DNA of 64,000 bases from Bacteroidales bacterium (GTDB lineage Bacteria > Bacteroidota > Bacteroidia > Bacteroidales > VadinHA17). The translations under genes and the position numbers were made by a program. Shown one piece after another: positions 29,478 to 36,961 of the stretch; within the stretch, counting starts at the first letter, position 1; each line of letters starts with the position of its first letter. The stretch spans positions 3,825-67,824 of the forward strand of contig JBFYPG010000100.1 of NCBI GenBank assembly GCA_041303415.1. The letters are read 5' to 3'. A model generated the notes under the pieces. The model saw only the letters and a list, made by a program, of their open reading frames with translations. It was not told the origin of the DNA and made no database searches.

Positions 29478-31946
29478 TCAGACGCCCTCCCTGTTTAGTT
29501 GTATCATTTTATCGCCGGAGAAGTCTTTAGCAGGTTTATGGCCTTTCAGTGGAATGATCTTCTCGTGTATAGCATCAATTATCCAGTCAGGCTGGGGGAA
29601 GAAGTATTCCTCCATTTCGTAGGCCGGCGTGATCCAGTTGCGGGAACCAACCACCACGGGAGGAGCATCAAGATAGTCGAAAGCCAGCTCTGTAACCGTC
29701 TGGGCCATCTCCTTGAGGAACGAGCCTCTTGATGAGGCATCGCTGGCAAGAAGTATCCTGCCGGTCTTCCTGATTGAATCCACAACCGGCTGGTAATTGA
29801 ACGGTACCAGCGACCTTGCGTCTATTACCTCTGCTTCCAGTCCGTAGTTTGCTTTAAGCGTATCAGCAGCCTTTATTGCCGGATAAAGAGTTGCCCCGAT
29901 AGTCAGTATTGTTATGTCCTTACCCGTTCTCTTTATATCAGGTTCACCCATTGGGATCTCGTAGTAATCTTCCGGAACACCTCCGGCATGGAACATCTCG
30001 CCTGTATCATATATTCGCTGGCTCTCGAAGAATATTACAGGATCTGTTCCCTGCAATGCGCTGTTCATCAATCCCTTGGCATCATACGGAGTTGCCGGAA
30101 AAACAACTTTCAGACCGGGGATGTGAGCTGTGAGCGACGACCAGTCCTGGGAGTGCTGGGCTCCGTATTTTGAACCGACAGATACTCTTATGACGACCGG
30201 CATCTTTATTATGTTGCCGCTCATTGCCTGCCATTTCGGGAGCTGGTTGAATACTTCGTCCCCTGATCTTCCCAGGAAATCGCAGTACATGATCTCAGCG
30301 ATCACTCTTCCGCCGCACATGCCGTAACCGATGGCTGTACCCACAATGGCACCCTCGGATATGGGTGAGTTGAAAAGGCGGTGATAAGGGAGAGCCTCGG
30401 TTAGTCCGCGGTATACTGCAAAGGCTCCTCCCCAGTCGCGGTTCTCTTCACCCCATGCCGCCAGTGTTGGATCCTTATAAAAACGGTCGATTATTGCTTC
30501 AAAAATGCCGTCGCGCAGCTGGTAAAGCTTTGCCTTTGAGACCGGCTTTCCGTCTCTATCGAGATAAAACCTCTCTTTATTTCTTAGCGACTTCACCCTT
30601 GGATTATCATTGAGCGGAATCAGGACCTCGGGTGTGCCCTCTTCCATCCTGTCGGCAGATCCGTTTGAGAACATCATTTTCCCGATTGCATCCGGATCAT
30701 TGCTGAGGCTGAGCAGCGGAGAAATATTGTCATCAACCGTCAGCCTGAGGATATGAGTCATCAGTTCGCCGGCATCAAGCCTGATCTGATCAAGAGTATC
30801 CTGTTTTGTAACACCTGCCTCAACGAGCGAACTGCCGTACGAGAGTATTGAGTCCTCCTTCTGCCATGCCTCAATCTCTTCCTTTGACCTGTATGAGGAA
30901 GCGTCGGAAGGTGAGTGCCCGCTTATCCTGTAAGTGAGGGTATCAAGGAGAACAGGTCCTTTCTTTTCCTCAATGATCTTCTTCTTTCGCCTGAAAGCAT
31001 CGATCACTGCCAGCGGATTATAGCCGTCAATACGTTCGGCGTGCATCATCTCCGGATTGATGCCGGCTCCTACGCGTGCAAGGGTACCGTATCCCATGGT
31101 CTCTCCCATGGTCTGCCCTCCCATGCCGTAGAGGTTATTCATGAAGTTGAATATCAGGGGAAGTCCTCCTTTGTGTTCACCTTCCCAGAGAGTTTTGTAC
31201 TGGTCCATCGTGGCGAAGCAGATCCCTTCCCAGACAGGGCCGCATCCCATTGAAGCATCGCCTATGTTGCAGACGACAATGCCCGGTTTCCTGTTTATTT
31301 TCTTATAGAGGGCGGCACCTACTGAGATATCGCCGGATCCGCCGACGATAGCATTATTGGGATATATGCCGAAGGGTGTGAAGAATGCATGCATCGAACC
31401 CCCCAGTCCCCTGTTGAAGCCGTTCTCCCGTGCAAAGATCTCGGCAAGAGCCCCGTATATGAGAAAGTGGACTGACAGATTCTTTATATTTCCCCGGAAA
31501 CCTTTTTCAACCACTTTCAGTGTGTTTCCGCCGAACCATCTGCTCATCATTGAGTAGAGATCATCCTCGCTGAGGCTGTTTACCGCCGATAATCCCTTTG
31601 CCAGGATCTCCCCGTGACTGCGGTGAGAGCCGAATATGAAGTCATCCACTCCCAGGGTATAGGCCATTCCTACTGCCGAAGCTTCCTGACCTATCGACAG
31701 GTGTGCCGGTCCCGGGTGATTATATTTTATACCATTATATTCGTTGGTGGTTTTGATCAGGTTGAGCATGGTCTCAAACTCCCGGATGATGACCATGTCG
31801 CGGTATATTCTTACGAAATCATTGCTGCTGAAATTCTTCTTCTCATCAGTGATTGATTTATTATACTGATTTACAGGTATTTTACCGAACTCAATAAATT
31901 GCGGTTTACGAATTTCTTTCGGGTTAATGTTCTGGCTCTTTGGCAT
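29478..31946 (-). CDS. Fused E1 alpha-beta subunit of a thiamine-diphosphate 2-oxoacid/acetoin-type dehydrogenase
   Basis: 822 aa. Alpha part has HLSIGQEA and the ThDP motif GDASMGCG..(N)..NFMNN. Beta part is a transketolase-like pyrimidine-binding domain plus C-terminal domain (GEENRDWGGAF.., ISEGAIVG). Confidence 0.85.
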   Translation of the reverse strand: MPKSQNINPKEIRKPQFIEFGKIPVNQYNKSITDEKKNFSSNDFVRIYRDMVIIREFETMLNLIKTTNEYNGIKYNHPGPAHLSIGQEASAVGMAYTLGVDDFIFGSHRSHGEILAKGLSAVNSLSEDDLYSMMSRWFGGNTLKVVEKGFRGNIKNLSVHFLIYGALAEIFARENGFNRGLGGSMHAFFTPFGIYPNNAIVGGSGDISVGAALYKKINRKPGIVVCNIGDASMGCGPVWEGICFATMDQYKTLWEGEHKGGLPLIFNFMNNLYGMGGQTMGETMGYGTLARVGAGINPEMMHAERIDGYNPLAVIDAFRRKKKIIEEKKGPVLLDTLTYRISGHSPSDASSYRSKEEIEAWQKEDSILSYGSSLVEAGVTKQDTLDQIRLDAGELMTHILRLTVDDNISPLLSLSNDPDAIGKMMFSNGSADRMEEGTPEVLIPLNDNPRVKSLRNKERFYLDRDGKPVSKAKLYQLRDGIFEAIIDRFYKDPTLAAWGEENRDWGGAFAVYRGLTEALPYHRLFNSPISEGAIVGTAIGYGMCGGRVIAEIMYCDFLGRSGDEVFNQLPKWQAMSGNIIKMPVVIRVSVGSKYGAQHSQDWSSLTAHIPGLKVVFPATPYDAKGLMNSALQGTDPVIFFESQRIYDTGEMFHAGGVPEDYYEIPMGEPDIKRTGKDITILTIGATLYPAIKAADTLKANYGLEAEVIDARSLVPFNYQPVVDSIRKTGRILLASDASSRGSFLKEMAQTVTELAFDYLDAPPVVVGSRNWITPAYEMEEYFFPQPDWIIDAIHEKIIPLKGHKPAKDFSGDKMIQLNREGV

Positions 31947-31967
31947 TCTCTTTGATCTTTTAGTCTT

Positions 31968-31993
31968 GCAGTCATGCAGTCATGCAGTCGTGC
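31968..31993. repeat. Octamer array (GCAGTCAT) x3
   Basis: Read directly, 22-47 nt upstream of the E1 start codon (31946, minus strand). Confidence 0.85.
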
Positions 31994-32005
31994 CATATTT
32001 TATAT

Positions 32006-32047
32006 TACTGTCATTGCGATCCCGCCGCAGGCGGGAGAAGCAATCTT
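32006..32047 (-). promoter_or_regulatory. Conserved-flank hairpin element, copy 2 (E2-E1 intercistronic)
   Basis: The minus strand reads AAGATTGCTTC-TCCCGCCTGCGGCGGGA-TCGCAATGACAGTA. The flanks match copy 1 while the hairpin stem sequence differs but stays paired. Confidence 0.6.
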
Positions 32048-32056
32048 GATAACTAT

Positions 32057-33289
32057 CTATAGATCGTCATAGGTAAAATTCTCAATCTGCTCCTTAATCT
32101 CCCTCAGGAACATCGTGGCCGGTCCTCCGTCAATTGCCCTGTGGTCGTATGTAAGAGAGAGGCCTATGTATGGCACGAAGCCGAAAATATTATTGCCCAG
32201 GTCTGCCGGACGGTGCACTATTGTACAGACTCCGAGAATAGCAACCTGCGGCAGGTTTATTACAGGAGTGAACATCTCAACGCCATAATTACCGAGATTT
32301 GAAACTGTGAATGAAGCGGCAGTGCTCTGTATCAGCTCGGGATTTATGTTTCCTTTCCTGCATGATTCTGCAGCCGATTTCAGTTCCTTCGACAGACGGG
32401 TTAGATCCATGTCCCCTGCATTTTTAATCGCCGGAACCATGAGACCCCTGTGAGTATCAACGGCAATACCAAGGTGAACCTGGCTGAAGGTCCTTATTGA
32501 TTCTCCGAGGAAATGGCTGTTTGCTTCGGGGAATTTATGAAGCGCCCTTATTACGCACCAGCAGATCATGTCATTAAGGGTGATATCCTGTTTTATGCTT
32601 CCAGATGCCACTCCCTCCTTGATTTTTTTTCTTGCTTCAAGGAGACGGCGGACATCCGCGCTCATGTGGTGGGTAAGCTGTGCCGCGTTCTGGAGTGAGG
32701 AGTGCATCGCTTTTGCTATCATCCGCCGCACGTTTGTGATCGGATGGTCGGTGAATTCCTGTCCTGAAGGGATGTAAGCTTGTCTGGACTGAGACGTATC
32801 AGAAGCTTCTTTTTCAATATCGCTTAAAATTATCCTGCCGTTTGGTCCTGATCCCCGGAGGTCTGAATAATCTATCCCTTTTTCTTGTGCCAGAACTCTG
32901 GCACGCGGTGATATCCTGATTTTAGAGTCAACTGATAAAATGGAGCCTGTTGTGACCGCCACTTCTCTTTCAGCAGGCTCTGCAGGTATTTCTGCAGACA
33001 ATGTTTCTTTTACGGCTGATTTACCGGGGAAAAACTCACTTATCTCTTCACCCTGTTTTCCGATCACTGCAACATTAATAAGGACAGGCACTTCCGCTCC
33101 CTCATCAAAAAATGTATCAAGCAGGATGCCGTCGGCCGGAGATTCCATCTCAAAAGCTGCCTTGTCAGTCTCGTATGAGAAGAGAAGGTCGCCGGCAGAG
33201 ATCTTATCTCCTTTGTTTTTGTACCACCGGGTGATGATGCAGGTCTCTACTGACTGACCCTGTTTAGGCATGATTACTGGTGTTGCCAT
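32057..33289 (-). CDS. Dihydrolipoamide acyltransferase (E2)
   Basis: Lipoyl domain with ETDKAAFEMESP, subunit-binding segment (ISPRARVLAQEKGID), catalytic domain with DHRAIDG. Confidence 0.85.
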   Translation of the reverse strand: MATPVIMPKQGQSVETCIITRWYKNKGDKISAGDLLFSYETDKAAFEMESPADGILLDTFFDEGAEVPVLINVAVIGKQGEEISEFFPGKSAVKETLSAEIPAEPAEREVAVTTGSILSVDSKIRISPRARVLAQEKGIDYSDLRGSGPNGRIILSDIEKEASDTSQSRQAYIPSGQEFTDHPITNVRRMIAKAMHSSLQNAAQLTHHMSADVRRLLEARKKIKEGVASGSIKQDITLNDMICWCVIRALHKFPEANSHFLGESIRTFSQVHLGIAVDTHRGLMVPAIKNAGDMDLTRLSKELKSAAESCRKGNINPELIQSTAASFTVSNLGNYGVEMFTPVINLPQVAILGVCTIVHRPADLGNNIFGFVPYIGLSLTYDHRAIDGGPATMFLREIKEQIENFTYDDL

Positions 33290-33290
33290 G

Positions 33291-33380
33291 TTGGTTGCTG
33301 GTTACTGGTTGCTGGTTGCTGGTTACTGGTTGCTGGTTGCTTGTTGCTGGTTGCTTGTTGCTTGTTGTTGGTTACTTGTT
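33291..33380 (-). repeat. Tandem heptamer array, about 13 units of AACCAGC/AACAAGC/AGTAACC as read on the minus strand
   Basis: The plus strand reads GGTTGCT/GGTTACT/GCTTGTT units. The array ends 1 nt from the E2 start codon (33289). Confidence 0.95.
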
Positions 33381-33440
33381 ATTATAAGTGATATATAATG
33401 TTTTTGTTCTATCTTCTATCTTGTTATTAATCAGGGGATA

Positions 33441-33472
33441 CAAAAATAAGTAAAATAACTTGTATTTACAAG
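33441..33472 (-). promoter_or_regulatory. Candidate promoter of the E2/E1/aldolase operon
   Basis: The minus strand reads CTTG (rc of 33469-33472), 20 nt spacer, TATTTTTG (rc of 33441-33448). The predicted leader would include the whole CA-rich heptamer array. Confidence 0.5.
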
Positions 33473-33473
33473 T
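33458..33473. promoter_or_regulatory. 16-bp palindrome ACTTGTA-TT-TACAAGT, candidate GntR/HutC operator
   Basis: Perfect 7-bp arms read directly. It lies in the divergent region between the GntR gene and the E2 operon and overlaps the candidate -33 element. Confidence 0.5.
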
Positions 33474-33509
33474 AAAGATTAATATATTTACAAAGAAATA
33501 TTTACGGTC

Positions 33510-34226
33510 ATGACATCGCCAGGGAAGATACCTCAGCACAGGCGGCTTTATGAGGTACTCAGGAAGCACATAACGGAAGGTGTGTACAGGGAAGGGGATC
33601 TTCTGCCTTCGGAGAATGAGCTGTGCCAGATTTATGGAATGACAAGGCCGACAGTTAGGCAATCGCTGAGCACACTGGCCAGCGATGGCTACATAAGCAG
33701 GCATCAGGGCAAGGGAAGCATTGTCCACCAGCTGCCAAGGGAGATAGGGATATTATCGGTCTCGGGAACAACATCTGCGGTCGGAGACAGGAATCTTAAG
33801 ACAAGGATCATAGTAAAGCCGGTGATAATTCCCTGGGATGAAAAATTCATGTTCCCGCTTTCCCGGCTTGAAAGGGAGTCAGGGTGCGTTTACTTTGAAA
33901 GATTGCGTCTGCTTGATGATGTTCCTATATTTTACGATATCAGCTATATTGCAAATATCAACCTGCCGAGGATAACGTCGCGGCAGTTTGAGAACAGGTC
34001 GCTGTTTAAAATACTGAGGGAGCAATATCACATTGAGATAAAAGGAGGGGAGCAGAGGATAAAGGCTATTCCGGCATCCTCAAAAATCAGTTCATTCCTG
34101 CATCTGAAGAAAAACAAGCCTGTGCTTCACCTTGAGCGGAAAATGATAACGAATGTCACCGGGCTTTTCCTTTATTCATCCATCTACTGCAACACCGAGA
34201 GATATTCAATTTTCGGGAGATTCTGA
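33510..34226 (+). CDS. GntR-family transcriptional regulator, HutC subfamily (wHTH + UTRA)
   Basis: LPSENELCQIYGMTRPTVRQSLSTLASDGYI wHTH followed by a ~150-aa effector domain. Divergent from the E2/E1 operon. Confidence 0.85.
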   Translation: MTSPGKIPQHRRLYEVLRKHITEGVYREGDLLPSENELCQIYGMTRPTVRQSLSTLASDGYISRHQGKGSIVHQLPREIGILSVSGTTSAVGDRNLKTRIIVKPVIIPWDEKFMFPLSRLERESGCVYFERLRLLDDVPIFYDISYIANINLPRITSRQFENRSLFKILREQYHIEIKGGEQRIKAIPASSKISSFLHLKKNKPVLHLERKMITNVTGLFLYSSIYCNTERYSIFGRF

Positions 34227-34341
34227 AAAAAATATCTGATTTTTCCTTTCCGATAGTATATCATATCTGAAAAAATCTTATTTTTATATCTCTTCAGACT
34301 AACCTGATATTATCATTTAACCAACTAAATACCACTAAATT

Positions 34342-35667
34342 ATGAGCAAACAGAAAAAATTATGGTCAAGGCGCCAGTTCCTGACCGCTGCGGCAGCAGG
34401 TGCAGCCGGAGTGGCGCTTATCCCTCACATCACCGGATGCAAGCCGAAGCCTGCAGATGATAAAATCCGGCTTGGATTCATAGGCCTCGGTCAGCAATCC
34501 ATGTTCCTGCTTAACGGGTTCATGCAGATCCCCGGTGTTGAGGCGGTAGCAGGATGCGATGTGTACGGCATCAAGAGAAAACGTTTTGAAAAGAGGGTAG
34601 CTGATTTTAATGCAAAGGCAGGTACAAAAACGGAAGTCGTGACATTTGAAAAGTACCAGGATCTTCTTGCTGTCAGCGATATTGACGCAGTTGTCATTGC
34701 AGTACCCGACCATTCTCACGCCATGATCGCCATCGCAGCACTGAAGGCAGGTAAGGATGTTTATCTCGAAAAACCGATGACCTTAACCATCAGGGAGGGA
34801 CAGGAGCTTAAGAAAGTTGTCCGCGAGACAGGAAGGGTATTTGGACTTGGAAGCCAGCAGCGTTCAAGCAAGGAGTTCCAGCATGGCGTCAAGCTTGTTC
34901 AGGACGGAGCGCTCGGCAAGATAACCCTTGTAAATGCATATGTGGGAGCGCCTCCTACGCCATATAACCTTCCCGAAGAGCCGCTGCCTGCTGATCTCAA
35001 CTGGGATCTCTGGCTCGGATCTCTTCCTGCAACCATACATTACAACAGCCAGCTCAATCCTCCCATTTCGCTCGATCCTCCGCAGGATGAGCAGTTCTGG
35101 GGCGGATGGAGATGGTACAAGGAGATGGGAGGCGGCTTTACAACCGACTGGGGTGCCCACATGTTTGATATTGTACAGTGGGGTCTCGGAATGGACAGGA
35201 GCGGTCCGGTTGAGATATCACCTATCGGCGACGGCACGGAATTCATAATGTGGAAATATGCGAATGGCGTTGTGATGACCTCAGAACCATTCAATGAGGA
35301 GAAGACAAAAGGCGTCAAATTCATCGGCGAGAACGGCTGGATAGAGGTTTCACGCGGCTCATTCATCGCTTCGGATCCCAAATTCAATCCGGCAGAGCCG
35401 ATCGTTGAGGATCCCAATGTTCCTTATGAGACCAGGATCCCGCACCAGGTGAACTTCATAGAGGCTGTCAAATCGCGCCAGGATCCTGTTGTGCCGGTTG
35501 AAGTAGGCCACAGCAGCTGTACGGTTTGCACCCTGGGTAATATAGCCTGTGAACTCAAGCGGACAGTCAAGTGGGACCCGGCAACCGAGACTTTTGTTGA
35601 TGATACGGATGGTGCAGCAACGAAACTCCTTCATTATGAGTATCGCGCACCCTGGAAGCTTATCTAA
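34342..35667 (+). CDS. Gfo/Idh/MocA-family oxidoreductase with twin-arginine signal (possible TAT lipoprotein)
   Basis: WSRRQFLTAAAAGAAGVALIPHITGC (TAT motif plus lipobox-like TGC), Rossmann IRLGFIGLGQQS, EKP motif. Confidence 0.8.
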   Translation: MSKQKKLWSRRQFLTAAAAGAAGVALIPHITGCKPKPADDKIRLGFIGLGQQSMFLLNGFMQIPGVEAVAGCDVYGIKRKRFEKRVADFNAKAGTKTEVVTFEKYQDLLAVSDIDAVVIAVPDHSHAMIAIAALKAGKDVYLEKPMTLTIREGQELKKVVRETGRVFGLGSQQRSSKEFQHGVKLVQDGALGKITLVNAYVGAPPTPYNLPEEPLPADLNWDLWLGSLPATIHYNSQLNPPISLDPPQDEQFWGGWRWYKEMGGGFTTDWGAHMFDIVQWGLGMDRSGPVEISPIGDGTEFIMWKYANGVVMTSEPFNEEKTKGVKFIGENGWIEVSRGSFIASDPKFNPAEPIVEDPNVPYETRIPHQVNFIEAVKSRQDPVVPVEVGHSSCTVCTLGNIACELKRTVKWDPATETFVDDTDGAATKLLHYEYRAPWKLI

Positions 35668-35682
35668 AATAACAGATTGAAT

Positions 35683-35719
35683 AAAAAAGAGGCTGTAATT
35701 TTTTACAGCCTCTTTTTTT
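35683..35719. terminator. Bidirectional rho-independent terminator
   Basis: AAAAAAGAGGCTGTAA-TTTT-TTACAGCCTCTTTTTTT: an 11-bp perfect stem with an A-run on one side and a T-run on the other, between convergent 34342..35667 and csp. Confidence 0.85.
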
Positions 35720-35739
35720 ATTGCTAAAAGGTAATAAGA

Positions 35740-35937
35740 TTATTCAGCTTTTTTTACCTTAATGGCCACAGGCCCTTTTTCTCTCTGTTCAATTTCAAAT
35801 TCAACAGTCTGGCCCGTTTCAAGTTCAGATTGCGGAACTTCAAGACCCGAGCGGTGGACGAAAATGTCCTTGCCATCCTCGGTCTGAAGAAAACCATAAC
35901 CCTTCACCCTGTCGTACCATTTAACAGTGCCTTTCAT
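35740..35937 (-). CDS. Cold-shock protein (CspA family)
   Basis: 65 aa. GTVKWYDRVKGYGFL (RNP1) and IFVHRS (RNP2). Confidence 0.9.
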   Translation of the reverse strand: MKGTVKWYDRVKGYGFLQTEDGKDIFVHRSGLEVPQSELETGQTVEFEIEQREKGPVAIKVKKAE

Positions 35938-35964
35938 AGTTTTAGGAAATTTTTGTTAATGATT

Positions 35965-36279
35965 TTAGTTATCCCTTCTGTCACCGCCATGGCCTCTGCG
36001 GTCGGGATTACCACCTCTGAAATCTCGCTTTCTGTCAGCTCTTTCAATTGATTCGTTAACAATAATTTTTCTACCCTGGACATCGGCCCCGTTAAGTTCT
36101 TCAATGGCCTTCTTAGCTTCAGCATCGTTAGGCATTTCAACGAAACCGAATCCTTTGCTTTTTCCTGAGTATTTGTCGAAAATGATCTTTGCAGATCCAA
36201 CTTCTCCATACTCTTCAAATAGTTCTTTTAATTCTGCTTCATTCATTTTAAAATGAAGACTTCCAACATAAATGTTCAT
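35965..36279 (-). CDS. RRM-type RNA-binding protein with R/G-rich tail
   Basis: MNIYVGSL (RNP2), KGFGFVEM (RNP1), C-terminal RKRDFRGGNPDRRGHGGDRR. 27 nt upstream of csp on the same strand. Confidence 0.85.
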   Translation of the reverse strand: MNIYVGSLHFKMNEAELKELFEEYGEVGSAKIIFDKYSGKSKGFGFVEMPNDAEAKKAIEELNGADVQGRKIIVNESIERADRKRDFRGGNPDRRGHGGDRRDN

Positions 36280-36424
36280 AATTCAATTAATTAATGTGAA
36301 ATAAATAACAAGCAAAGGTCATGTTTTTTTTTCTAAACAAAAAATTTTATGGCATAATATATTGACTCGTAACTACTTTTTAATGCCTTTTGGATGGGGG
36401 AGGGAAGGTGTAATTAAGAGAATA

Positions 36425-36452
36425 TTATTGGTTATTGGTTATTAGTTATTAG
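36425..36452 (-). repeat. Heptamer array (AATAACT/AATAACC family, minus-strand sense), 4 units
   Basis: The plus strand reads (TTATTGG)2(TTATTAG)2 and abuts the four-helix-bundle gene stop. Inverted copy of 38663-38701. Confidence 0.9.
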
Positions 36453-36460
36453 TGGATTTG

Positions 36461-36826
36461 TTACAGGGAGCCGGTTCTGGACTTGATTGAGCTGATGAAA
36501 CTGTTAAGTTTAATGTGCTCTTTTTCAATTAATACCAGCATTCTTTTAATGTTATCTGGATTTGCGAGAGACCTTCTCTTTTGTAAAACTGACCAATGCT
36601 TCAGTTCCAGCAGCGATCCCCTGGAGTTATAGTAGAATTTGACAGAATCTTTGTAATGGTACCTGCCGAAACCTTCGGCAATATTTGCACCGACGGAATC
36701 TGCAGCATCCAGAAACTGACTTCCCTGGCCAAATCTGAACTCTTTTGGCAATTCATTATAGATATCCCATGCCAAATCACTAATCTCCAGGGCAATCCTG
36801 TAAACCTCAAGATCTTCTATAATCAT
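36461..36826 (-). CDS. Four-helix-bundle protein (23S rRNA intervening-sequence protein family)
   Basis: 121 aa. LEVYRIALEISDLAWDIY..QFLDAADSVGANIAEGFGRYHYKD..FYYNSRGSLLEL is the family signature. Confidence 0.75.
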   Translation of the reverse strand: MIIEDLEVYRIALEISDLAWDIYNELPKEFRFGQGSQFLDAADSVGANIAEGFGRYHYKDSVKFYYNSRGSLLELKHWSVLQKRRSLANPDNIKRMLVLIEKEHIKLNSFISSIKSRTGSL

Positions 36827-36961
36827 TTTCAGCGAGACTAGCTACTCCAAATGTAAGCTATTTTCCGAAGTTCTGAAACAATATTTTTATTTAATTTATA
36901 CTAAGTAGGTTATATGATTCGATCAAGAACCTTGACAACCCCCCATAATTTACCGGTGTTA

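Noticed and set aside
36461-36826. Four-helix-bundle (23S rRNA IVS protein family) gene as a sign of an rRNA operon or intervening sequence
   Set aside because: There is no rRNA sequence anywhere in the window. In Bacteroidota this family occurs as dispersed stand-alone genes.
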